In this document: positions 1 through 13,489 of the stretch, piece after piece | Position numbering within the stretch: the stretch's first letter is position 1 | Layout: each line of letters starts with the position of its first letter | Source: Eledone cirrhosa | Taxonomy: Eukaryota | Assembly (NCBI GenBank): GCA_964016885.1 | Contig: OZ024755.1 | Span: forward strand, 21,886,001 to 21,950,000 | Reading direction: 5' to 3' | Length of the DNA: 64,000 bases | Position numbers and translations under genes: made by a program | Notes under the pieces: model-generated | Told to the model about the DNA's origin: nothing | Seen by the model: only the letters and a program-made list of their open reading frames with translations | Database searches by the model: none

Positions 1-494
1 GTAAGAAATATAGAGGAAAAATCGACTTCAGTACTTGACTGGTAGCAGTTTTTATTGATCTCCAATAGATGAACGGCAGGATTTGAAGTGAAGTAACAGA
101 GATCTGAAACGAATCCCACAAAGCATTCTATCCGGCATTCTCATGACTCTGTCAATTTGCCACCTATAACATGTAGGATAGTAATAACAAATAAGAACTT
201 GGACCATAATCATCAACCTATGCCAGAATTGAAAGCAGATATAAAATGATGCTGTAATCACTATTTTTTTAAGTGCATCTCAGAGTCTTAAAATGTTTAG
301 GAATATAATTTTAAGCTTAATTATTTTGTTTCTAAAGTGCGTGTGTGTAAAATCAAGCCAAACTTCAAATGATTTTATTAAATATTCTTGATAGATGAAA
401 ACAACTCATCACTAAGAAATAACTAAAATTATTTCATATTTTATTGTTTTCTGTTTTTTTTTTTGTTATCAGTAATTATCAGTTTAGGTGATGC

Positions 495-564
<70 letters not shown>

Positions 565-866
565 GGACCCCACCAGCACCACCACCACACCATTTATTCT
601 AAACAATTGATTCATCATTTAGAATAAGGAAAGAATATGTTAGATTCCTTATTTCTCTCTGTTGCTCTGTATAAGGATTCCTTATACAGATGACAAATAA
701 TGCTATGATGGAAGATTTTAATTCAAATGTAAACACTTCAAAATAAGGTTTTATATAATATATTATAAGGTTTGGATGGAAAGGCTTAGAATATATTATG
801 TATATACATCTTAAATTCTCACTATATCTATATATAAATTATTCATAGGATTCATCATGATCGTCG

Positions 867-898
<32 letters not shown>

Positions 899-1351
899 TT
901 CTTCATCACCACAACCACAACCATCACCCCTGATACCATCTTCACCACCACTGACACCATTGCAATCACCATTTTTGCGTCTGCTTTTCCATGGCAGCAT
1001 TTTTTTGAGCCTGTTTTTCTACACCTTGATGACCTTGGCGCCAACTTTCACCTGTTTGTGTGTATGTATGGATGTGTGTGTACACACACTCATACACATG
1101 TATGTATTTATGTATGTTACAATATTGAGCACTCATTCTCATGATTATTTAATACAAAATGTATATATATGTGTATGTATGTACACACACACACACATAT
1201 ATATATATACATATACACGCGCGCACATAGAGGTTTGTCATCTTACTGAAGTATATAGTATATGTTCTCATTATATAATCGACTTTCCCCTTCCCCGAAA
1301 CAAATTGTTGGTTTTGTGCTTAAATTAGAAACCATTATTTTCCATGCTGAA

Positions 1352-1430
1352 TCATCTTTACGGGGTCGATAAAATAAAGTACCAGTAATGCACTGGGTAA
1401 TTGCTGGCCTTGTGCCTAACGTAGAAACAA
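1352..1430 (+). mobile_element. 5'-truncated SINE of the same family, inserted at the tail of an older copy
   Basis: Core and tail present; ATTATTTTCCATGCTGAA duplicated on both sides. Confidence 0.8.
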
Positions 1431-1859
1431 TTATTTTCCATGCTGAAAAATAAATGTTATGAAATTTGTTTTTATGAGTTGGAAAACCAATATTTTGGTA
1501 TTTCAAAATGTTCAGAATTTTAATTCTTTAATCTTTTATTTTATTTTATATAATTTATAATTGTTGTTGTTTTTGACAATGTTAGATATCTTCAAAAAGG
1601 ATAACTGCACTAAAAATATTTACATTGTTGTATTTTATCCTCTACACTTTACTGGATGTAAAATGACTGAGTGGATAATATATTGGACTGTTTGATAGAC
1701 CATGGGTTTCAAATTGACTACGTTCATTTCATTAGGTCTATAAGTGGAGGTTGGGGTGTGGGGGCTATTATATAGTTAATATTCTTGTTGGAAATAGGTA
1801 CAAGTATCATGTGATAATTCTACCTGTAATAGACCATCAATATTTCTATCCAGGTTGTC

Positions 1860-2270
1860 AAGGGCCTGACAACCTCTCTAGTGCTGGTGCTATGATAAAA
1901 TACATCCATTAAACCCTGTAAAGTGGTAGTGTTAGTGTAATGAAAAATTGCATCCAGTACATTCTGTTAAGTGATAGTGTTTAGGCCATGATAAAACACC
2001 CCCAGTCTACCCTATAAAGTGGTAGTGTTGGTGCCATGATATAATGCACCCAGCCCACTCTATAAAGTGGTAGCGCTGGGTCCATGAGAAAATGCACCCC
2101 ATACACTCTGTTAAGTAGATGGTGTTAGGAAGGAAGGGCATCCAATAATAGAAACCATGTCAAATATGGAACATATGAGAGAGATGAGGTCTCTTCAACC
2201 TGCCATGACAACGCATCCAACCCATGCCACTGGGGAAAAGTGGCTGTAATGACGATGACAACGATGATAT
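1860..2270 (+). mobile_element. RTE-3'-UTR-derived repeat with amplified subrepeats; relatives at about 20830-21070, 31790-31940, 38250-38600(-), 52456-52700, 59150-59345
   Basis: Shared GGTGTTAGGAAGGGCATCCA...CCCATGC...(GAT)n module. Confidence 0.75.
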
Positions 2271-2818
2271 TCACTCAGCAATTACATGCTTGATGTTGAA
2301 ACCTTGTGTATTTTTGTTGTGATTTTTTTTCTCTCAATATTTTCCATTTCCTATATCTAGTTTCCAGAAGAGTGTGAAAATAAGACATAAAGGTTATAGA
2401 TTTATTTATGAAATAAACATTTGCTTTGTTCTCAAATCTTTCTTTATTTTTATTTTTTGTTGATTTTAAAATTCATATTATTTCAATATTGTTGGAAATT
2501 CAATATCATTGAATAATATATAACCAATAAGGAAATCCATTTTCTTTTTCAAATAAGGTTTTTGTTTCATCAAATTTTTATTTATCTTATTAGCTGAACA
2601 ACTTGAACTAGAAATATAAAATCTTCTTAGAAAAGACACATTCTCGGAAATCAAGTCTTTTTTATTTTGGTTTGTCTTCAAGCTTTCTTTGCCTTGATGG
2701 ATACTTTTTAAATCGAAGTAGTCTGGTTTGTTAGAAATACCTTGACCATACTTTGATGATGACCATATACTGTGTGACTTAGCTGTTGGAGTGTTAAACC
2801 TTGTTTGCTTAATTTCAG

Positions 2819-2937
2819 TGAATTGAAAGATAGTTTGGCCAGTGATGCCATTGAAGGGGATATTCCAGATTTATTGAAAATGGTTTTAAGACAGGATCCC
2901 AATGTTTTTCATTCTACTACTAGGAGAAATTATGATG
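2819..2937 (+). CDS. NIPBL: NIPBL exon, N-terminal MAU2-binding region (ELKDSLASDAIEGDIPDLLKMVLRQDPNVF...)
   Basis: aatttcag acceptor, GTAAGA donor; resembles human ELKDNLGSDDPEGDIPVLLQAVLARSPNVF; phase 2 to 1. Confidence 0.93.
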
Positions 2938-3174
2938 GTAAGAGTGATTTGATATTAATTTCTTTGTAACGTCTTCTGCTTCTTGTCTATTATTAGAACA
3001 TGACTGTTTTTCTTTGGTTTTCTTGGGTAATTATGTTGTTGTTTTTGTATGTTATTAGTATTTCATATGATATTTATATATTATATATAATGTCTTGAAA
3101 TAGATACAAAATTAAATATCAATCAGTAATGTGTATTAAAAACCAAAAGATAAGCAAGACCAAACACATTGTGT

Positions 3175-3372
<198 letters not shown>

Positions 3373-3474
3373 ACAAGGGCAATAACCCAGAAACAATATT
3401 GTCAATTGTGTGTCCAAGAACAAAAGGATGGCGTAATATATATATACATATATATAAAGAAGTTTATGAAACGC

Positions 3475-3512
<38 letters not shown>

Positions 3513-3533
3513 GTGTGTGTGTGTATATATATT

Positions 3534-3595
3534 ATAAAATAACAGGAGGCTGGACTGGTGTAAATTTACACCAGTCCAGCCTCCTGTTATTTTAT
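3534..3595. repeat. Perfect 62-bp spacerless palindrome
   Basis: ATAAAATAACAGGAGGCTGGACTGGTGTAAA|TTTACACCAGTCCAGCCTCCTGTTATTTTAT. Confidence 0.95.
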
Positions 3596-3770
3596 TTTAA
3601 CTCCGTACTCGCACCACCAACTACACAAACGAAGGCGAGTGAGTTGCATTACGGTGAGTGCTCGCCATAATATTACATCGAGGTTGACCACACGGAATGA
3701 CCAGTTCTATTCAGTGGTGAACCAACAAACATAAATAAATAAATAAATATATATATATTTATTTTATAAG

Positions 3771-3809
<39 letters not shown>

Positions 3810-4075
3810 TATATACACATATATATATATATATATATAAATATATATACACATATATATATATATAAATATAAATATATATACACACACACATAATATA
3901 TATATATATAAATATATATACACACACACACACATAATATATATATATATATATAAATATATACATACATAGATAAATATATATTTATAAATTTATAATA
4001 TATATATATATATATATATGTATGTGTATAGCTTATAAAATAGGGTGAACACCCTTAAAAGACGGAGAAAGAAGT

Positions 4076-4146
4076 TGCCACTGTGAGAAATTGAGCCCTA
4101 TATCTTCCAGATACCGGCTAGATGCTTTAACCATTAAGCTAAGGAG
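4076..4146 (-). mobile_element. tRNA-like SINE head (not a functional tRNA)
   Basis: Minus strand AGCTTAATGGTTAAAGCATCTAGCCGGTATCTGGAAG...GGGCTCAATT; D-arm/A-box-like, degenerate T-arm. Confidence 0.45.
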
Positions 4147-5272
4147 CCTTTGCTGAAATCCTTCCTGTCATTTCTAACTAGATAGTTGGACAACAGCTTT
4201 CAGATGTCAGCAGGCAGAGAGACTGACAAACAGACATCTGTATGTAAACAAATAATGTACAAAGTGAATTTTCGGCTTTTTGAAATGCTGAGAATGTGTG
4301 TGTGTGTACACAATGAAATCTGTCGAGTGCTCTGAATCAGTTATAAACATTTATATTTGTTGAATTTCCAACGAATTAAATACCCCTTCTGTTTATATAT
4401 ATATATATCTTTGTGTGTGTATATACATACGCACGCACACACATAAGTATAAAGAAAGTGCCAAGTGCATGTCATATATATATATATATATATGTGTGTG
4501 TGTATGTATATAAATATATCATGCTAGCGTGAAAGATAGACGTTAAATGATGATGATGTGTGATATATATATATATATATAATCTCAAAAGTCATTATTT
4601 CTTTTGTCATGTTCTAATTTAGCTATATGGTTTTATTTTGCATCTTGTTCAGATTTTTTGTTGTTTTTCTTTTATTTTTGTTTCTGAGAGGAGTATCTAT
4701 GTTTTTCTTGGATTTCTTTCAAAGTTTCTATGTAATATCCATTTCATGGCTTTCTTTTTTAAATCTTAAAGGGCTAATATTATTTTCAGTAGCATTTTGA
4801 TAATTTAACAAACTATATCTTAGTAATTGAAATCATTCCTCCTGTTTTACTTAATACAAAATTGTCCAAGCTTTTATACTTCTTTTAACTATTTTGAAAA
4901 TTACACTAAACAGTCTTAAAGATTCCAAAGCTAAATCTTGAACTACTTCATAACATTGAATAAGGATGCTCGACATAATTGAAAATAAATTGGAAATAAA
5001 ACTTAGAATTAGAGAGGGGTGACAAACGTACAAAGCATAGTTTTTTTTTCGTGGTGGTGAGGATATTATAGATAATTAGAAGTTTTCTTGTCTTTTTATA
5101 TTCTATACTTATCTATACTTATTTTTTTTGGATTTTGTAAAACGTTTCAGTAAAATAACTTGAGACATTTAAATAAAACCTGCATGATTTTCAATTACTT
5201 ATATTGTTTAGAAAAATGAATATCATTTACAAAATCTGAACATGTCAGTTTCAATATTGTTGAGACCATTTT

Positions 5273-5490
5273 GGGCAGTTGATTGGCAGTATTGGTGGAG
5301 TGTTGGACATGTTTTATGACATAGTTATGGCCCTTTGCAATCTGAGTTCAATTCCTGCCGAGGTTAGCTTTGCCTTTCATCCTTACGGGGTTGATAAAAT
5401 AAAGTACTAGTTATGCATTGGGGTCGATTTAATCGATTTGCCACTCCCCAAAGAATTGTTGGCCTTGTAGGTAAATCAGAAACCAATATT
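5273..5490 (+). mobile_element. tRNA-derived SINE, MetaSINE-like core
   Basis: GAGTTCAA B-box and core GCCTTTCATCCTTACGGGGTYGATAAAATAAAGTAC; TSD-like ATT(G/A)TTGAGACCATTTT flanks. Confidence 0.85.
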
Positions 5491-6826
5491 ATTGAGACCA
5501 TTTTTTTTTTTATTTGATAGTATTAAGTTTAGAAAATTATTAGAGCATTGAACAAAACATCTTTTGGTATTTATTTATACTACCTTTATGTTACCCTTCA
5601 CATTCTGTCAGGGTCCATAAAATAAAGTACTATCCTCTACCCACCAAAAAAAAAACCCAACAATATATGAAGATATAATTTAATTAAATACATAGGTAAA
5701 TGGATAAAATAGTTAACAAGGAAATGTAACAATGATTGTAAAGGGAATTAGCTCTCCATTAGAATGTTTTGTCAATGAAATGAGATATTGTTCCTTAAAA
5801 AACAGCTGAATTTAGCATAAATGAAGCCTGTGTGATTTTCAATATTTATATCATTTAGAAAAACAAATGTTTACAAAATCTGAACATGTCAGTTTCAATA
5901 TTATTGAGACATTAATACTGAGTTATTCAAACATCTTTTCAGATATTCTATATATGTACACACGTCATAGTTGTTTTTATTTAAAAAAATCAGTTAATGA
6001 AAAGCTGCATGCGAGTTTATTAACTACTAAATTTTGCTCTGAGTTGGAAATATTAAATAGGGGAAGCCCAAAGTATAGAGACAGAGAAGACGTGCGGTGC
6101 AACTTATTCACCACATCAGTTTATATAGGAATATAAAACGGATCCCATGAAAAGAAGCTTAGGAGTATATAGGCAATTAAAAATCTCTGAATATGTATAT
6201 CAATTTTCCAACAATATTTATTTTAGTTTATATAAGAATGGCCCTTTAAGGTTTAAATTTTTTATATAAAATCTGTATTAAGTAATCTACTTATCTTGTT
6301 GCATTGTAATCGTTTTTCCGTTTTGGTTAATTAAGGTGTTATTAAATTTATTGAATCACTTGTTACTATCATTTTCATTTTTTAATTGTTTTCTAGTGCT
6401 TTGTGAAGTTTTGTTAGCATGTTAAAACTGTTTGCTTTTTGTGAGTCTGTGTTTGAGTGTATGTTAAGTGTACTTATGACTACATCTGTTTTATATTTGA
6501 TATTGTTTGTCAATAAAGCTTTTGGTTGTATTTTTTAAATAGTGGAAAAATTGGAAATAGTGTTTAAACTATTTTCATATATTGTACAATTGTAATTGTA
6601 TTTTGAGTTTCAATATTTAGATGGTGACACCCAAATATTTTTTTAAGAATGTTATAGAATTATTTGTATCTAATTCTGTAAATAGGAATTACAATCTTGC
6701 ATTATTCACATTGTTAAGTAAGTATGGTATCATTTGTTGACTTATTGTTGTCACAGCCCATGTCAACTCTCTCTCTCTCTCTCTCTCTCACATATATTCA
6801 TTTTATTAAGGCTAATAGTGTCACCT

Positions 6827-6876
6827 GTTTATCACATGACCCTGTGATAAATAGGCGAAACTCCAGGGTAACAAAC
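6827..6876 (+). ncRNA. Minimal type I hammerhead ribozyme-like motif, decayed (CTGATGA to CACATGA)
   Basis: GTTTAT-CACATGA-C-CCTGT gataa ATAGG-C-GAAA-CTC ca GGG-TA-ACAAAC; homologous to 24919-24968. Confidence 0.55.
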
Positions 6877-6966
6877 TCTATATTTAGCCTTAATAAAATG
6901 AACATTTTAATTTCACTTCGGTATTGAGTACTCTTTTCTCTCAGCTGTCAACTACACACACACAAA

Positions 6967-7241
6967 TAATAGAAAAAACAAGGAAGTTTTGTTTACATAT
7001 GAAAAATATTTGTGTATCGACCTGTTATGCGCGTTTCACAGAGGATTGGCTCAAGGTAAGTCATAGGAGTTATGGACCCGATAAAAATCTGGAGCCAGGT
7101 CCATAACTCCTATGGCTTACCTTGAGCCAGGTCCATAACCCCTATGACTTACCTTGAGCCAGTCCTCTGCGAAACGCACATAACAGGTCGATACACAAAT
7201 ATTTTTCATATGTGAACAAAACTTCCTCGATGTTTCTATTA
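6967..7241. repeat. Foldback inverted repeat, about 110-bp arms
   Basis: Left arm AGGAAGTTTTGTTTACATATGAAAAATATTTGTGTATCGACCTGTTATG is the reverse complement of about 7179-7227. Confidence 0.9.
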
Positions 7242-7899
7242 TATACACTCTGCCTGTACATAGTGCTTGGTTTATTACCAATACCAGTATTTCACTGTAC
7301 TACCCACACTATATATATAAATGATTCTTACATGACTAGTTTCAGGTACTTCATATAGAATGTGTCTGAATGTTGGAACCACAGCAATTCTTTATTTATA
7401 TAAGTTATTTATCAGGTGGTATATAAGTTATTTATCATGTGGGGCTGAGATATGGGGGTATTGATAATTGTAGGAATGGATAATTTCTAAGCTTTAGATT
7501 TCATACTTAATATAGAAAAGACAGGACAGTACCTGGGGGAGGGTAGACTAAATAGGAAGAAGGGACGAAGAATACTGCCTTGTCTTTTCTATACTAATTG
7601 TGAAAGCTATAACCCATCAAAAGGACACTCCTACAACTGTCAATCACCCCACCTCCACATCCATGCCACATATGATCAATAATTTGTAAGTAAAGAATCT
7701 TCAGACCATCAGCACTCCCAGATGAATTCTTTATGAAAGAAACAAAGCTAGACCTGCACAAAATCACTTTTCAATAAATTAAGATACCCTCTCAAAATAA
7801 TATATTGAGTACTTTACTTTAATTGTGGTCTCTTTCCATTTCTTATGGAATATATATATATAAGAAGAGATCTGTTCTTATAATAAATATTTGCTCTAC

Positions 7900-7949
<50 letters not shown>

Positions 7950-7974
7950 AAAACGTGCTGCGGGTTGCTAATGG

Positions 7975-8115
7975 GTTACATGGCATATATATATATATAT
8001 ATGGCATATATATATATGGCATATATATATATATGGCATATATATATATGGCATATATATATATATGGCATATATATATATATATGCCATATATATATAT
8101 ATATATGCCATATAT
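7975..8115. repeat. (TA)n punctuated by TGGCA then TGCCA
   Basis: Several TGGCA(TA)n units followed by two inverted TGCCA units. Confidence 0.9.
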
Positions 8116-9171
8116 ACAGGGTCGGTGGAAAGAAACTCACAATTTAAAATGGTTAACAACTTTATTAATTATGGGTTGATTTTCATAAAACATGTTTTAT
8201 TTTGAACATAAAAGTAACCACCCCAACTCTCTCTCTCTCTCTTTCTCACACACCTTACAGTATGGGATTTTGAAAATGACGAAAGAGATTTGTATAAAAA
8301 TGTTTTAATGGATTTTAACTATTCAATTATTTTATTTCCTTATTTTAATGAAACGTGTAAAAACCCAGTAAATATTAATTCTACTCACACTGCAGTCATT
8401 TTGCTAAAATGTTCTACCTACATATCCTTCTATGCTCACAATAGATAGAATATCTGAAATTTAAGATTTCATAAATTCTTATTTACTAGCTAACTCTGCA
8501 GAATATATCACAGTTTAATTAGAAACAACTTCCAAGTATTAAAGATGAATATGACATTTTAAGTGTTTTATTTATTGTGCAGAATGTATGTACAACACAA
8601 TAACTTTAACAAATGTCTAAAACTTAGCAAAAATGGAATATTTTGATGGTTGCTGTCACCCATTTCCCTCTAACTCTTTCATTACAATATTTCTAATCAG
8701 ATACATTGCTTATGTGTATCAATTAATTTGAGAAATTCCTATGAGGTACAACCTCATAGGAGGTTGGCTAAACCTACTTAAACAGGTGTTAGCCGTAACA
8801 ACAGCAAATAAACTGTTTTGCATCAAAAACTCCAGTTACAGTTATCAAAAAGAAAAATTATGCTTGCTACTACAGTATAGGTAAGACTGTTGAGACAAAA
8901 GGTATATGAGGTGTAATATCGGCTTTCATGATTCCAGGATCATCTTATTACCCACCCATCAAACAATCTCCTGTCACTGTCCAAATAGAGAGTTTCTGCT
9001 TTTAACTACAACTTCAGTGTCTTTATCAACGTGGTTACCAAACTACTTTTAGTCAAACTATCAACTCTCATTTTTTATTATTTTTTTTTTTTTACATTCC
9101 TTTATCTTGTCTGATCACTCTGTCCCCATGATGGTCTTTAGTGTCTCTTCATTTTTTCTTCTTCAGTCTTT

Positions 9172-10600
9172 AAACTGTTGTAGTACTTTTCCCAGACATG
9201 AAACCAAGCTGCATCTCATCATCTATTTTGACTATTTCTTTAATTAGCTGCGCTATAACTCTTTCGGTCTCTTTCATAACTTGGACCATTAGTTTTATTC
9301 TTCTATAGTTGCTTCTTTCTAGTGCATCACCTTTGCTCTTGTAGCAATTTATGATTGTATTACTGTGCCAGTCATTGGGCATGACTCCGTCATATGTTAC
9401 TTGGTTTACTAAACAAGTTGCTAGTTTGACTCCTACTTCTCCCGATGCTTTTTGCATCTCAGTGACTATTTCTGATGGTCCTGCAGCTTTACCATTTTCA
9501 TCTTCTTGATTGCGACTTTGACTCTAAAACTATAAACTTCAATAGCTGGTTCTTTCTTTGGGTAAGTTGAGGGTAGTTTCTCTTCCTCCTATTCATTCTC
9601 TACATCCACCAATCTCACATAGTAACACATCCAGACCGCTTTCTTTTGGGCCTCAGTGGTGCTAATTGCAACAGCGTCATTTCTAACACATTTTTTCCCA
9701 ACAGCATCTCGATTCACACTAACACACTGCCTTGCAATATGGAACACTTTGTGCCTCTGATCCTCACGTCTCAAGACATTGGTAAATTTACTTTCTTCGG
9801 CCTCTCTCCGAGCTGTGTGTACCTGTCGCCTAGCTTCTTAGCTACTTAGTACTGGTCTCTGCTTCCCCCATTTTCTCTATCTTTCCATGCCTGTCTCTTG
9901 GCTTTAATGGTTGCATCTACTGTGCTGTTTCAGGTCACCCTCTGCCTGGCTGGTGCTTTACTCCAGTAGTTTGCAAAAGGTTGTTGCGTGAGAATTTTCA
10001 GTTGTCCTACATTGTGTGTATCTAGCTCGTCATCCCTCTCATCAAGTGCCTCCTGTAGGGCCTTTCTAAACTTCTATTTAACCGAGAGGTCCTTTAGCTT
10101 CCACACCCTCCATCTCTATATTTTCCTGCATGTCTTGTTTTGTCTTTTGTTTATTTCGATGTCACTAATAACTAACTTGTTCTGGACAGTGCATTCTTCC
10201 CCAGGGAAGGCTTTAACATTTATTAGTCTGTTTGTCATGTTGTCTAACAAGTAAGTAATCAATTTCGCCTGTGTGCTCACCAGATTGATATGAAATCAAG
10301 TGGTTGGCTGGTTTCCTGAAATTTATGTTGCAGATGGTTAGTTCATTTGTATTACAAAATTCCAGGAGTCTCAGCTCTTCTTCATTCCTTGAGCCATAAC
10401 CATAGCTGCCATGAACTCTGCTGAATCCATCCTGGCACTGTCCCACATGTCCATTGAAGTTACCTGCCAGGATGATGAGGTCTCTTTCATCATTACCTGA
10501 AGTTGTCTGTAAAAGTTCCTCATAGAACCTATCCTTTTGTTCTTTACCCAGCCCTGCCTACGGAACATAGGTAGATGTGATTGTCACCAGCCTATTTCCT
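9172..10600 (-). mobile_element. Decayed RTE LINE fragment (endonuclease to start of RT)
   Basis: Minus-strand ORF pieces GYGSRNEEELRLLEFC, CYKSKGDALERSNYRRIKL; stops and frameshifts. Confidence 0.88.
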
Positions 10601-12874
10601 ACAGTTATTGTTGTACTTTCATTTCTTATACAAATGTCAGGTTTTTGTTACCTCAAACATAAACCCAGCTCCCTGGGTTGTTGAATATTGACCACTTTAG
10701 GGTCAACTTGATTTAATCTCTTGGTAAATGATAAGTGTATCTTTCTGATCAGATAGATAGATAGATATTTATAGTATCTTTAGTAGTGGACAGATCACTG
10801 TGAAAATCTGCAGTATTAAAGGAAAGACATCAACTTTTAAAGTAATGCAGTCATATGCTATTTTGTACTTTTCAAGAATGTTTTAGTAATGTTGTTTGAT
10901 GCAGTACAGGATATTTCAATTTGGGAGTGTAGAAGAAAAACAAGATGTACTTTTCTATTTCCATTTTTGAACTTGGTCTTTCATATCTTTTTCACATTTT
11001 TCAGAAATACTCCTCCATACACAACACCATTCAACTTTTCGACATATTAGTTAAACAGTTCATTGTTTAATTCTTATTAAAAACTATTTTTTTCTCAACA
11101 TTTTTATGAATGATATATTTTTACCAAAAAGTTTGGGATTCCAGCCATCATGTTATTTGTTTTTATTTTTGCAATGTGTTATGTCATATTATAATTTGAG
11201 TTCAAATATTACCAATAGTTCATCTTTGCTTTTCATCCATCAAAGGTCAAGTATTTATATGTATATGTCATTGACCTTGACTTTCACTGCTTCAAGGCTG
11301 TTATACATTTTTTTTTTTTTTGCAGGAAAGCTAAACTTACTTTCTGTGGAAATATTTTTTTGTTGTAAAATTGTCTTTTGAAAATCAATTTAAACAAATT
11401 TAAATATATTTCATTTTCTTTTTTTTGTTTATTAAACATTAGGTTTCATCTAATTATTTCTTTCATAAATTTTTCTTTGTACATATTTTAATGAAATTTA
11501 TTTTATAAAATTATATAGAAAAATGGTTCAAAATTTATTCTTTTGCTTGTGTTTTTTGTTTTGTTTAACTGTAGGTCAGTCCTTGCTGAGCAAACCTGTG
11601 ATCAAAAGTGTTCCAGCTATGACCAATTCCCTCATTTCTTTCAGACATAGTGTATATAGAATTGCAACTGTTTTTTTTTCAGAAGAAAGTAGGGTGTAAT
11701 TTGAGGGAGATTTTGGCTACAATTTCTCTCAGATCAAGCAACCATGTAAAAGTTCCCTTAAGTGTATTGTGTATTTCATGACCTAAATTGATTTTAAATT
11801 CAATTTTTGTTATAAATATATTCAATGACTCAAAATAGGATGAGCAAATATGATCATGTTGCTTCTAACTCATTTACATTTCAGTCTTGTAATGTTTTTA
11901 ATACTTTTTTCTAGTTACTGTTTCTAATTAACTTCACTTTTAGGTTTCAAGAGAGTAATACACACACATACATTTTATGCCATGTCACTTGTTAAATTTC
12001 TTGTTTTATAAGTTTTCAGCAAAAGACATGGATTTTACAGTATTATATATTTCTTCTTAAATTTCTGATGAAATATGAATATTTAAGTGAACATGGGGAA
12101 TATATTTTAGATATTTTAAAATGTATGTATTTTCATTATGGAATATTTATAAAAGTCAATTATTATTTAGTGTGTGTCATGGCATTTATCATGGCATTAA
12201 TATCAAGGGACTGCTTAATTCAAGGGCTTTTGTAATGGAACATTTTTGTAGGGAGGGGTTACTTGCTGATGTTTATATCCTTCATTGATATACATCAATG
12301 GAAAATACACAAACATCACACACACTTTTGCACATGACAGGCTTCCACATAGTTTCTGCCTACCACATTTCACACACACACAAATTATTGATCAAGACAA
12401 GGCTATGGTAGAAGATAATTCTACATAGTAAGATGGAAAAATGAAACTACATTGTTACAAAGTGGGCCCAGTTTTTAGGTCCTATTGATACTTTGTATTG
12501 CAAAATCAGTTTTAAATTTTTGAAGGAAACAAAGACAGATCAATTATTCTTTTTGATCACCATATAGATATTTCTTGTTTTAAATGTAGATTAAACTGTA
12601 TATTTATTTGCACAGATAGTAATTATTTTAAAAAATGGGAGATAAAAAGAAATTCACTAGAATTGAAGAAGAAAAATGTTAAAGTTTTCAATCTCTAATT
12701 TGTCTTTAAATTATAACCATTAAATTTGTTTATATACTTAGCAATGAATAATGTTATGTTTGGTTTTGTAAATTATCAGTTTTCTGAATTAGTGTAGAGA
12801 ATACACTAAACATGCTCTGAATAATAGACTTGTTCTATTTTAAGAATCAATATATTTGTTATTAATAGTGATTA

Positions 12875-13069
12875 TACGAGGGATGGCTGAAAAGTTCATA
12901 GGCTGACCAAGACACTCTTATGGAATCATCAAATGAAGTTTATTTTTCAACATAGTCCCTGGAAAGAAACAATGCAGTTATTAATGAGAGTAGTTAAAAT
13001 TAATGCATGCAAGATTTCACAGCTCTAGCATCACTCCTTCATAGTCAGCCTATGAACGTTTCCCATGTA
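12875..13069. mobile_element. Tc1/mariner-like MITE
   Basis: TA-CGAGGG start, TIR AAAAGTTCATAGGCTGAC / GTCAGCCTATGAACGTTT; second copy at 60623-60815. Confidence 0.8.
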
Positions 13070-13489
13070 TAGACATTGAATTGATTTGAGAAGAAACTTG
13101 TGAAAATAATTTACATTGTTTTAAAACTTTTCCATGTATCATATCAAGTTATTAATAAATATATTATTTCTTGTTATATTTGGGGATGGTCATTAACAGT
13201 CAGTATTAGCAATAAAAATCACATGCACTATATGATTTCCAATTTATCTTTATTATTAGTTATTGGTTAGTTTGTCAACACACAATTCCACATCAAGAAT
13301 CTTGCAAAACAAATATATATTTCTTGAATATGTCATCAAGTTTTGAGACCATATTTGATTACTGATATTCTAAAATTTATTAAAAATATTTGTAACATTT
13401 TATTCAATAAATATTTATTATTTATGTAATACTTAAAAAGAATGTTTCATGGGTGTCATTTCTTTTTCGTTGTGTTTTTTGATCTGTAG

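Noticed and set aside
666-690. Short hairpins (666-690, 8738-8761, 31265-31300) as terminators or miRNAs
   Set aside because: Too short, no supporting context; such palindromes are expected in this repeat-rich DNA.
4076-4146. Possible tRNA gene
   Set aside because: T-loop and acceptor stem are degenerate; better explained as a SINE head.
4285-4332. CTGAGAA-TGTGT...ACACA-ATGAAA...GTC hammerhead-like spacing
   Set aside because: Core mismatched, stem II is microsatellite-derived and no stem I pairing found.
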